Below are positions 12,201 through 22,751 of a stretch of 64,000 bases of DNA, piece by piece; position 1 is the stretch's first letter, and every line of letters starts with the position of its first letter. Both the position numbers and the translations under genes were made by a program. The DNA lies in contig MU004186.1 in the NCBI GenBank assembly GCA_010093605.1, positions 1,654,616 to 1,718,615 of the forward strand. Reading direction: 5' to 3'. The notes beneath the pieces were generated by a model that saw only the letters and a list, made by a program, of their open reading frames with translations, searched no databases and was not told where the DNA came from. The stretch is from Lophium mytilinum. Taxonomy: Eukaryota.

Positions 12201-13298
12201 ATGTCTAAACTACAGAAGACGGTCCTGATCACGGGGTAAGTCAAGCTGTTTCCTTACTAGTCTCCAAGTGCAGTCCTCTCTACGAGATCAAGCTCCTGCT
12301 CAACACACTTCCAAACAGCTGCAGCGCTGGCGGCATTGGACACGCCCTCGCCCGCGAATTTGCCTCGAAAGGTATTCCCAGATTCTCCACGCATCCGGCC
12401 TTCTCTCTGACATTTTCACAGGCCTCCGCGTTTTCGCGACAGCCCGAAATGCATCCACCATATCCGAGCTTGAAACCCACGGAATCGAGACCCTCTCCCT
12501 TGTCGTCGACGACGAAGCAAGCGTGAAAGCATGCAAGAAGGAAGTCGAGGCCCTCACTGGCGGGAAGCTGGACATTCTGGTCAACAATGCTGGAAGAAAC
12601 TACACGGTCCCCGCCCTCGACGTGGACTTCGATGAGGTCAGAGCGACGTTTGAGGTCAACCTCTTCGCAGTTATGAGGATGTGCCAGGAATTTGCGCCTC
12701 TCTTGATTGAGGCCAAGGGGACAATTGTGCAGCTTGGGAGTCTCGCGGGAGTGATGTATACAAATATCCCACTAGATGTTGGAGAGCCTCACAGCTAATG
12801 ACGCCCAGGCCCTACGTCTTCGGAAGTACCTACAACGCATCGAAAGCAGCCCTCCACGCCTACAGCAATACCCTGCGCATCGAGATGGCCCCTCTTGGAG
12901 TAAAAGTTGTCACGATAATAACTGGAGGCGTGAAATCCAACATTGCACGCATAGAACGGACACTACCCGACGGATCCTACTACATTCCCGTCAGCGCTGA
13001 GTACCAACGCAGGCTTACGCATAGCCAAGAGGTCGGCATGCCGACTGATTCATACGCCAAGAGTGTTGTCAACCATGTGCTGACACCTAACCCGGCACGC
13101 TGGGTGTGGGCAGGGAGTGCGTCATGGACGATTTGGTTCGTGCAGCGTTTTCTGCCCTTGGGAATTGTTATGGTAGGTCTATTTCCTGATCTGTACATGT
13201 TTGATCAACGCTCACGATTGACGCAGGACTTCGTTTTCACGCGTATGTTCAATTTGTGGAAGCTGAAGAATACTGCGGTGAGCAAGAAAGTCACCTAA
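12201..13298 (+). CDS. AYR1: Short-chain dehydrogenase, NADPH-dependent 1-acyl-DHAP reductase-like
   Basis: Spliced VLITG|CSAGGIGHALAREF, VFATAR, LDILVNNAG, catalytic YNASK and LR.E..PLGVKV..IITGGVKSNI. Confidence 0.85.
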
Positions 13299-13408
13299 CA
13301 GTCGGGTGGGCATCTGTCCCAGGAGCGCGTTGCGAGGAGCTTGACAATGGGAGTAAAATGTGTGAACGAAATAAAGTACTTGTCAAGCCTCACTTATGTT
13401 CACTCGAA

Positions 13409-14622
13409 TTACCTTGCCACCCCAACCCCCGGCGACATATCTCCCCAGTCGTCTCCTTCGGCGTAACTCCCCCTGTTCGTGCTTAGCTCCACAATTTCGG
13501 TGCCCCGAGTACGCGCAGGTTCTCGTTCTGTTGCCCGCACATCACTCTGATTATCATATGCAGTCTCACCCCCACAACCCCGCCGTTCTCGCTCCAATTG
13601 CTCGTACTTCCCCAACCGCGCCACCCCAGCGCTCGCCGTCTTTCCCGGCAACTCTGCTACTGGTGTGTGAGCACCCGCTTCATCCTGAACAGTCTCTGTT
13701 CCATAAGCTGTAGAGCTCAGAGTCTGGATCGTTTGGAGCGGCTGCTGGGCGTAGTAGCGAGGTGGTGAGCCGACCGGCAATTCCGCGGGTGAGTGATCCT
13801 GCATTATTCGAGGTGGGGGTTCATTCTGGTATACACCGTCTTGCGCATCTCTATGATTCCTCTTTCGAACTAAGACGCAGCACCATGCGATAATCGCCAC
13901 GCATGCTATCAGTGTCACCCCGCCGCCGACTGCGATGCCAATAATGGCACGAGTGGATAGAACGGGGCCGCCGGTGGAAGACGTTGGCCTAGGAGTGGAG
14001 TTTGATGTGGATAGTGGCGGGGAACGAGTGGGAGATGAAAGGTTGCCCGTGATAGTCGCCGCGTAGAAAGTTACGTCTGGGATCTGGGATGGCACACACG
14101 AGAACCACCGCAAGGTGGTTGGGTTGGTCTGGACGTAGGCTTCCCAGAAGCAGAAAGGCTCGTCGGTAGAGCTGGCTGTGATTAGCCAAAGTGACCCTAA
14201 AGGAGGACTGAAGGGGTATACCAGGTGTAGCAGCGATCTGTGGAGGAGCAGGTTGCTGTAGGGACGTTATCTATGCACGATTGCGTCGTGCCTTGTGGGT
14301 TATCAGGATCATAGCAGTCTACGATGCCTGTGGATCCTCGAACACTTGTTATACATGCTCCGTTGTCGCAGACCCAGTAAGGTGATGTTGCGAGAGTTCC
14401 AGCAGGTCCACAGCAAAATGCGCCTTGGGACAGACACTGAGTGCCGCAAATACCGTAGGGACAAGTCTCCTGGCGCTTGAGAGGGTTGAGTAGGGAGCAA
14501 GGAGTAGGCTCTGGTGGCGGAGGAGTAATAACGATCCCAGCTTGCGTGTATAGTCCGGAAACGGTGGTAGAGCAGAAGATCAGCGCCGTCAGCACTAGAA
14601 AGAGTCTCTGGTAGCGACGCAT
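13409..14622 (-). CDS. Type I single-pass membrane protein: signal peptide, Cys-rich ectodomain, Ser/Thr stalk, TM helix, cytoplasmic tail
   Basis: MRRYQRLFLVLTALIFC signal; more than 10 Cys; TM AIIGIAVGGGVTLIACVAIIAW followed by RKR; ELP/VEL tail motifs; one intron at ~14172-14222. Confidence 0.8.
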
Positions 14623-16260
14623 GGTCTGTTGAAAGTCGTAATTAAGGAATGGCAGCGCTGTTGGAGGATGCGCTTGTCACTCGTGCAGCTATCGTGCGCC
14701 TTTGGAGTGGTGGAAGTGAAGCTATCAAAAGGTGTTGCTAAATGGAGCTCCATAATAGCAGTTTTCCCAATGCACCGCCTCCTCCTTGAATTTAGGCAAA
14801 CAGCCACCTAAACCTTCCAGATTTTCAGCTTGCCTGTCAGGTGCTCATAAGGAAACCGTATACCTAGCCACGCAATGTGGTTTCAGCTGTCTGGCACAGG
14901 AGCTGAACCTACGAACGCCACGTCCAACCTCATTGGTTTCGATTTTGAGGCAACCAGAATACTTACGAGAATACAGCCAATTAGTACCAACTGCGTTCAT
15001 GACTCCAAACCATTGTCTCGATAGAGATGACGTCTCAAGGCTGAAGGGGATGGACGGCTTGTTCCGACCTTATGAATTTGCAGCTTCTAGAAGCATGATC
15101 GGGGGATGATTGACTTTATCGACTATTCACACACGTCCGCCAAAACATTTCGAATGCTCTGTGTTTTGCGAGGACGCCGAGCTGATAAGGCAATCTGTCA
15201 CAACCCATATGAGAAGGATATTGATCGGAGCCACTTTAGTACTTTGCGCTCCAGCTTCCGACCGATAGCTTTGTCCTGCATGCACTTCTCTGTTTCTGTA
15301 TCACTGTTGCCTAGTTTGCGGTGCGAATTCGGGGATGTGGGCGCACCTGATAAGCGCTGCCAGACGACGAGTGAACCGTAACTGGCTCATTCATACGCAG
15401 AAAGAGTGGCGTATCTGCTCACAAAATGGTCTGGAGTCCAGGTCGAACGCCCTCCCTACTTAGAGCAGAGCAATGGTCCACATAGGAGCAATCTATGTGA
15501 AGGGTGCAAGCAGGGTCATTGCAGCAAAATGGATATATTGTTCCAGCGAGCTAGCGCCGGTGTCCTGGGTGTTGAACTATAAGTGACACTAAGATTTAAG
15601 CGGTAATAGAAAGGGATCGTGATTAACAGCAACTTTCTAGTATGCCTATTTCTCGTACGTTAATTTCTTGAGCTCTGTTTTCCTGAATGCATCCTTCTTA
15701 GATGGCAAAGGAAGCCCCTCTCGTTATAGAAGGGCCATCATCCGAGTTCAACAACTAGGGCCCTGCGGTATCATCATTGCGTCCAAAGAGGATAGAGGCG
15801 TATTGCATTTTAAACTGCCGTAATTGCGAGGAGCAGTAGTAAGCATTGCACTATAGGCTGAAACATGGTCTGAATGCTTGGCACTCGAGAAGAGCGGGGT
15901 TTTGCAAGAGCCATCTCAGCGCAAGGAAGCTACCTTTGTAACAGAACGAGTGAAACTGGTAATTCGATCATCCAAGTAGATCCTCTGCTAGATAGGCTCG
16001 CATGCAAAGTACGCACGGAATCAGGCTAGAGTTGCTTGGACATCGTTTCATTCGAGATTGTTGTTATAGGTCAAGGACGAAGCTCAGATTGAAATTGATT
16101 GATGGATTGCAAAGGTTACAGAAGGTAGACGAAGGAAAAAACTGAGATAAAGAGTTCGATCGTTCTACAAAGCCCGCAGGCTCCTAACATGGAGTTCTAA
16201 GAATTGAAATTGAAATCATATGAAGCCGCGAGATCAACGAAAGATCGGAAATCTACCCAA

Positions 16261-17463
16261 CTATTGTCGCCGTGGCATATGCCTTGCAACGGTAAGGGCG
16301 TCAACCACGTTCGCGGGTCGCCATTCCTTATCTTGCTGGTATATTACAGAGACCGGCTGGGGGTGCTGCATGGCATCTGGACCCTGCGCGGTTATGACCG
16401 CCCACGTAGACTTCAGAAACCAGTCCCTAACCCACGACATCGGCAGGATGAGATGCCTCTTTGAATTCGGGGGCATTGTGTCAGCCGCATCTTTCGCATC
16501 TACGCGCGCTCCCCAATGCTCGATAGTGACGGAGGACTCGCAACAGTGACAGCTAGCCTCGAAATATTCAGATGCGGTGGGCAAAGCTCCGAAGACGGAC
16601 TGTTCCCACGAAAGACCTATCTCGGCTTCGGGATCATCGTGCTTGAACAGAGGCTCGGGGAGGGAGTTACCCCAGGGTAGAGCGAAGAAAGCGTGGGCGA
16701 GCTCGTGTGTAAGAGTTTGCGCGAGGCGGAAAAGAAAACACACGTCTTGTGCTGTGTACTTAGTCCGGGGGATAACTGTGGAGACATCTAAGTCGCCCTT
16801 ACGTTGAACGGAGTCAAGATACTCGAGTATCTCGATCTCCCGCTCCTCGTTGCGGATGTGAAGGTCCTCTGCGTAAGAAGCGAATGTGTCAGCGAGCCCA
16901 ATAGTGGGATTGCCATGGGATTTCCACCATTGTTTACCGTGCGCGGAGAAGACATCAGCATCCTTTTCCGACCCTTTCAAGAATCGAAATGTAGTGCCTT
17001 TAGCCAGGCTGTTGAACCTGTTCCGCACTCCCGCTAGTGCAGAGTTTGCATCAATCTTAGCATCACGCGATAGTGTCGCCTTAAGCCGTTGTTGATAGAG
17101 CTCTGGTGATGATGAATGTTCTGGGAAGATAATCGCAGGCTGTTCTAGGGTCAACTTGCTTTGCACTACTGAGGTCCACCAGCCGAGTATCTTCTCTTCG
17201 GTGATGAACAGGCTCGCTAGCCTCAAGGCTGGCTTGATGGCATCATAGACGTGGCCGTCGCAATCGAAATTTGCTTGGTCGAACACGGGGTGGATGATGT
17301 TGTCAAGCTCCACCGGCATGATTACGCCTTTATTGCCTTGGTAGCACTTCGAATACATAGCATGGTTCTCGGTCATGTGAGCGGGGCTGTATGTGCTGCC
17401 AGTGCCTTCTTCGCCACTGCAGAGTCGATCTGCAAGAGGTTGGTTTTGAAAAATGGCGTGCAT
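16261..17463 (-). CDS. Hypothetical protein with zincin-like HExxH motif
   Basis: Long ORF with IKPALRLASLF, LTHELAHA and downstream EP.F....AEIGLSWE..VFG. Start chosen at MHAIF (17463) and is uncertain. Confidence 0.7.
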   Translation of the reverse strand: MHAIFQNQPLADRLCSGEEGTGSTYSPAHMTENHAMYSKCYQGNKGVIMPVELDNIIHPVFDQANFDCDGHVYDAIKPALRLASLFITEEKILGWWTSVVQSKLTLEQPAIIFPEHSSSPELYQQRLKATLSRDAKIDANSALAGVRNRFNSLAKGTTFRFLKGSEKDADVFSAHGKQWWKSHGNPTIGLADTFASYAEDLHIRNEEREIEILEYLDSVQRKGDLDVSTVIPRTKYTAQDVCFLFRLAQTLTHELAHAFFALPWGNSLPEPLFKHDDPEAEIGLSWEQSVFGALPTASEYFEASCHCCESSVTIEHWGARVDAKDAADTMPPNSKRHLILPMSWVRDWFLKSTWAVITAQGPDAMQHPQPVSVIYQQDKEWRPANVVDALTVARHMPRRQ

Positions 17464-18183
17464 GGTTACCGCTTTCGGACTGAATCGAGTTGCTTGAGAG
17501 GCTATCTTAAGCTCTTCGCTGATCTTGTAAGCAAGGAATGATGATCTTGTAAGCTTTGGTTGTTCTGACGACCATAGTGAGACACCTAAAGGCCTTATAT
17601 ATTCGATGTAAAGGAACATTGTTGAAAGCTGATAGAAACAGAACGAGAGAATAGAAAATGGCTTTGTCTTGCGGCGGCACAATGTGGCTGTTGCGCAGCA
17701 TCCTACAAGCAGTCAATTAAATCCCAGCGTTTCTTAGTCGTGCACGATTAGACAACATATCTGAAATCGGGGTTCCAAAAGCGATCCATACAGTAACGTA
17801 AAGTACAGCTCAGACCATCGCAGCGCGATTTGAACTGACTCAAGTGCCGCTGTTCTTCTATAACACATGACTCGTATCTAACACATGCCTATAGCGAGTA
17901 TAGGCATTGAATGTCAAGGAGCTCATTAGTGGAACAATCAACCGCGGAAATCTGCTTGCGCCGGGGCTTACGCCACGACTTGCTGGGCATACTCGAAGTG
18001 TAGAGGTGCTGAATAGGCTGAACGGGCTGAATGTCAGAATCTTTCTAGGAACAATGTGACCAGTCAACGAGACAGGCCATCTGGGCCCGCGGCGAGAAAA
18101 TTGAGAAGACGTCTCATTACATTGAGTAAGCCGCATTGTATTGTTGGGCTGAATGGAGAGAAGGGTGAAGAAGTCGAGCTGAG

Positions 18184-18586
18184 CACGCTGGGCATGAAAA
18201 AAGTGGCACACTACCGCAGCTCACCACTGTCTGAGGTGGCCCGAAGTGCTATTAGGCTTGCCAAAGCTAGTAAATTATAAGTAGCAATAGTATACTAGAG
18301 GACCTCCAATAGTGCTAAATATGTATAGAAGTAGTAGATATATCTTATTAATACATAGACTACTATTTCTTCTACTAACTATCTTCTACGCTCTCTTGTT
18401 GCTATTCTACCTAGGAGGTACAGTAGGTGCTCCCGGTTTACTACTACTTGGAGTACCTTAACAAGTTCTTAGATAGCCTAAAACTAAGAGTTTCTATCTC
18501 GTTTATACTTTTAAAAATGCATTGAAGCACTATAAGCAGGGGTACACAACGCAGACTAGAGTGCCACCTTTTTCATGCCCCGCGTG
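18184..18586. mobile_element. Non-autonomous TIR DNA element (403 bp), 30-bp TIRs, 5-bp TSD CTGAG, RIP-like TpA-rich interior
   Basis: Left TIR CACGCTGGGCATGAAAAAAGTGGCACACTA (18184-18213) matches the reverse complement of 18557-18586 at 27/30. CTGAG lies at 18179-18183 and 18587-18591. Confidence 0.88.
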
Positions 18587-19220
18587 CTGAGATAGAGGGC
18601 TGAGATACCGATAGGGACTACAAAGTCCAGCCAATCAGCGACATGAATTATTCAGCTGAGCCCAACGACCACAGCCGCCCTTTTTCATCAACCATCTACT
18701 TACATATTCCATTCTTGCTCATTCAAGCTTCGTGGAATAGCCACCTCTGTATACTAAATCTCCTTTTTGATACCATGGCTTGGTAGCTATAGGCCGATCA
18801 GCGAAGCCACCTCTGTCCTTTCACCACAACTTTGAGCCACACGACGCGCAAGCTACGCTTTTCGTCTCGCTATACACTTCCAGATTCGATGTCGAGTTGG
18901 AGTTCTAGACTACTGTGGCGCCCCTCCTGGCACCTGAAGGTGCACACTGACTGGTCCAACTCAGCCGTCTAGCATGTCTCTCAGCCGTACGCTTGTTTAG
19001 CTCAACACTAGCTACAGCAGCTGAATAAGACACACTCTATTTGTATCTCTAACCCAACCGACCGTCATAGCCTTTCAAGCTTCTACTAGCAAGATAACTA
19101 TAAGAGTCGCCGAGCATTGGCGCTCATCTCTCGCGACGATCACCTGCAAATCCTACATCCTATTACCTTAACGCCCACTATCCGGAGTTGTCACTATCTT
19201 AACGACCATAGAAAGCTATC

Positions 19221-19943
19221 ATGGCACGCTACCCCTCTCCCCTCTTCCAAATCCTCTGTATATCACAGATAGTCGCATCAAGCATCGTAGTAATCTTCTT
19301 CTACGTCGCATGGGCGGACATCGCCAAGACTGCCGTACTGAAGGATGATCTGGGGCTGGTAGAGAAGACCAAAAACCCAAATGAATGGCATGCGCCTTGG
19401 TACTTCAAACTGGTGAGTATCCATATTTCTAGAACTCGCGGGTCTCTCAGCCAGAAAGAAAGACGCAGCATTCTGATACCCTACCAGCTCCACGGCACCG
19501 CTCACTTAAGTCTTATCTCCGCCATTGTCCTATTCGCCCTTCATACCTTCAAGAAGCTCTATCCACCGGTCGGCCTTGTGCTTAACTTTGCTCTCACGTT
19601 CCTCTACATTGCCGGAGTTGCGGGCGTGGCCGCCTTCTCCTTCGCCCTCGGCCTAATTGGAAAATGTGATTCCGGGATGGGTTGCATTGCGTATAAAATT
19701 GCCTTTTTGACGGCACATTTATCAGGGTACCTATTACTCCTCGAAGACCGGCAGAATTCAGAGTACTAACGTACTGTGCACAGACTACTTGCTTGGGCTA
19801 TGATGCTGCTAGACGCTTATACCTTCGGCCAAACGAGATCGCAAACGGCTGGCTATCAGAAGTTCGACGATGACAGTGCTGGATTGCTCCCGCTTCGCAA
19901 TAAGGGAATGACGTCGACCGCGTATGAGCCTACTCGTAGTTGA
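19221..19943 (+). CDS. MARVEL-like 4-TM membrane protein, 3 exons
   Basis: Four hydrophobic segments. Introns at ~19413-19487 and ~19727-19785 give an open frame ending ..TSTAYEPTRS*. Confidence 0.7.
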
Positions 19944-20166
19944 CAGGCTGAGCAGAACGACCTCCTTAACTTTTCTTCTACCGCACAATGCGTAGCCATA
20001 TAGCATGCGCGATATCGTCTTTGTAGTTTCTACGTCCCAAAATTTGCCTTTAACAATACATTCACTTTGTAAACACGCACCTTATCCCTATATCAAATCC
20101 TTATAAACACGCCCATCACTTCCCTACCACATCCCCTCGAAACCGCACCACCACCGCCGCCACACA

Positions 20167-21017
20167 ATGACTCCCCCCCTCATCCCAACCATCACCGAAG
20201 CCATCACCTTCCTCGGCCCCACAACCGACCAGCAACAAATCAGCCCCTGGAGCCACGTCTACAACCACCACTCCCAATCCCTCGCCCCCCTCCTCCCCAC
20301 TCTCCCCCTAACCTCCTCCAGCGGAACCTTCGAATCTCTCCTAAAGTTCACAACAACCTTCTACCGCGTCTCCACCACTGCGGCCAAGAAGTGGCTACGC
20401 AAGACTCCTCAGACCTCTCCACCCTCCCACCAGACGCGCTAAAAAACATCAAAGCTGAAGTGGCCCGCAGCAACGCCATCCGCCGCGCCGCCCACACTCT
20501 CCTCGTTTCCCGGTATCTGGCGCACGAAACCGTGCCTACGAATGCTGATCAAGCGCTCAAGTTCCTCATGGCGCGGTCAAAGAGCGCGGATCTCTCGATC
20601 CCGCTCTACGCGACCCCTGATCTCGTGGGGATTGCGGTCGATGTCTTCGTGCGCACGCCCGCGGGTAAGACGATGCGGAAGACAGTTGCGGAGTTGGTTG
20701 AGGAGATGTTCCAGTTTCCTGGTGGGGATTTGTTAGAGGACGCGCAGACGGTGCTTGAAACACTCGCTGATAAGGCGGTTGGGAAGAGCTATGGGCTGTC
20801 TTTGGAAGTTGGGCGGTATGTGAAGCACGGGCCGCATTTGCTGGCGCTGGTGTTGGTGGTAGTGGAGCTGCAGAGTAATGCGGTGGGGAGGGTTGAGGAG
20901 TATCAGCGGATGCGGGGGGTGGCGAGGAGGGTTTGGGGGGCTCAGGTGAGAGGGAAAGGGGAAGGGAGCGGGGGTGGGAAAGACGACAAGAAGCGGGGCA
21001 AGGAAGAGAACGCGTGA
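20167..21017 (+). CDS. Hypothetical protein interrupted by an apparent 1-nt frameshift near 20385
   Basis: Two overlapping ORFs with continuous C/G-ending codon bias. No GT-AG intron was found that joins them in frame. Confidence 0.55.
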
Positions 21018-21341
21018 GTCTTTCTTTCACATCGGAATGGGAGTTGGCTAAAGCTGGATTCGAAATAGCGGATCTAATAATCCGGCGTCTGCCAATATGG
21101 CGACGCAGTGGCTACCTAAAGCGCGGTTCTTTGGTACCCTTCCTCTTCCTTTCTCCGCCATGAGGCGAAGACCAACGCGATAAAAATAGAAAATACCTCC
21201 CAAAAACATATGTGAACATGTATGTGACCTGCCTATGACCCGTTGCCTGTCCTACCAGCACCGTAGTGCGTGGTTCCATTATCATCCCTCCAAACGCCAA
21301 GAAAATCACTCAAGCCTCCATCCCATAACCCGTCCTTCTCA

Positions 21342-22425
21342 TCACACAGACCTCATGCTCCTCGCAGCAAACCCCCCTCCACCAACCGCATACACATACC
21401 CAGGTTGCCCATCCGCCTGATTCTTCAGTGTCCTCGAAACCCCACTGAACGGACAATACGTCCGCTCTCCCCCAAAGCCAAGGAAATCGTCCGCCTTGCC
21501 CCCCTTTGTCGCGGCCTCATACTGCAGCTTCGCATTGCTCTCGCCATACTCTTCGCCGTCTTTGACAAACCACTTCGAGAATAGGTCGTTCTGGATCCAC
21601 AGCAGCTTGCCAAAGGCGGTCACGATGGCGATTTTGGAGTCGGTGGGGATGTCGGGCGCGGAGATGACGGCGGCGTTGAGGGTGTTTTGGACGTGGCCGA
21701 GCATCATGCTAATGTGCATGATGTCGACGGTGAGGGGTTGGCGGCGGAAGAAGCCGGTGTGCATTGCACTAGTAGGGTTAGGTGGGTGTTTGGTAGAGTG
21801 GGAGGAGTGGCATCGTGGAGGCGAGAATGTGGACGTTGAATGTCAAAGGGAAGGCACTTACCCGACTTTGTTGAGGTACTCCCAGTACTCTGGCTTCGAG
21901 GGGTCTTGGTTGAGTTTTGTAAGGTACCATCTCAGGAACTGGTAAAATGGTCAGTATCACTTGTTGATCATACCCGGCTCGGAGGAAGAACGTACCATCC
22001 GCCGATTCATGATCGCGGGGCTCTCTTTCTTTACATAGTCGTCTACGTCAAGATCGTTTGTACCCTTCGTGCTCTGATTGTGGAAGGCTTGCGCTGTGAT
22101 GTCGTGTTCTAGAATCTTGTTGTATACGATTTCGCATACCGTCGGTATTAAAGACTTGACGAACGTCTGTGCTCCGCGGAGCGCGTTGATGTCGGCTGTG
22201 AAAAGAGTCAGGCCAGCGAGTCTTGTGAAAAAGTTGCGTATTTACGCAACAAGAAGGGGTCGAGAAAGAACTGGTCTTACCTTGGCCCCATTCAATGAAA
22301 GTTTGGAGATAATGTAAACGCTTTGGGAAAGATGTGTATAGGTCTCTGCGCTCGACATGCTTCATTCCTGGGGGCAGCATTGGCTCGTTGAATGCACTCG
22401 ACGTGCTGGAACTAAAGCTGCTCAT
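21342..22425 (-). CDS. Protoglobin-like single-domain globin, 4 exons
   Basis: Spliced protein: DLYT...RLHYLQTFI, IVYNKILEHDITAQAF, FLRWYLTKL, YWEYLNKVG.MHTG (proximal His), AFGKLLWIQNDLF.KW. Confidence 0.85.
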
Positions 22426-22658
22426 AATGATTGCGGGTCGAAAGTGATAGAGAAGAATCAAGGAACTTTAGATGGCTACTTGATCGAGAAGTGGTGTAAG
22501 CCGAGAGCAGCGACGGTGGCCATATATATGTCCAAGCCGCCAGATCAGCAGCGACGCTCAAAGCAAGCGTACCTAGGCAGGAATATGCCGCCATCAGACG
22601 CCGTTAGCTTAGAAAAAGTAATCTGTAGTGGTTCCTTGCTATCGGTGCAGGACTCGTA

Positions 22659-22751
22659 CTCGACTAGGGGGCTCGGTAGAGCGTGGGGAGCTTCACTAGC
22701 CTGAGCTCCCTCGACCAGGGGCCTCGGTAGAAGGTTGTAGACTTCACTAGC
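22659..22751. repeat. Two-copy 51-bp-period direct repeat upstream of the globin gene
   Basis: CTCGAC.AGGGG.CTCGGTAGA.....CTTCACTAGC at 22659-22700 and 22710-22751. Confidence 0.75.

Noticed and set aside
8396..13298. Classical secondary-metabolite gene cluster
   Set aside because: No PKS, NRPS, terpene cyclase or DMATS backbone gene in the window; Ayr1 and the methyltransferase are common housekeeping-type genes.
17464..17682. N-terminal extension of the 473-aa ORF
   Set aside because: Begins at a non-ATG codon and reads like UTR/intron; treated as outside the CDS, though an upstream exon is possible.
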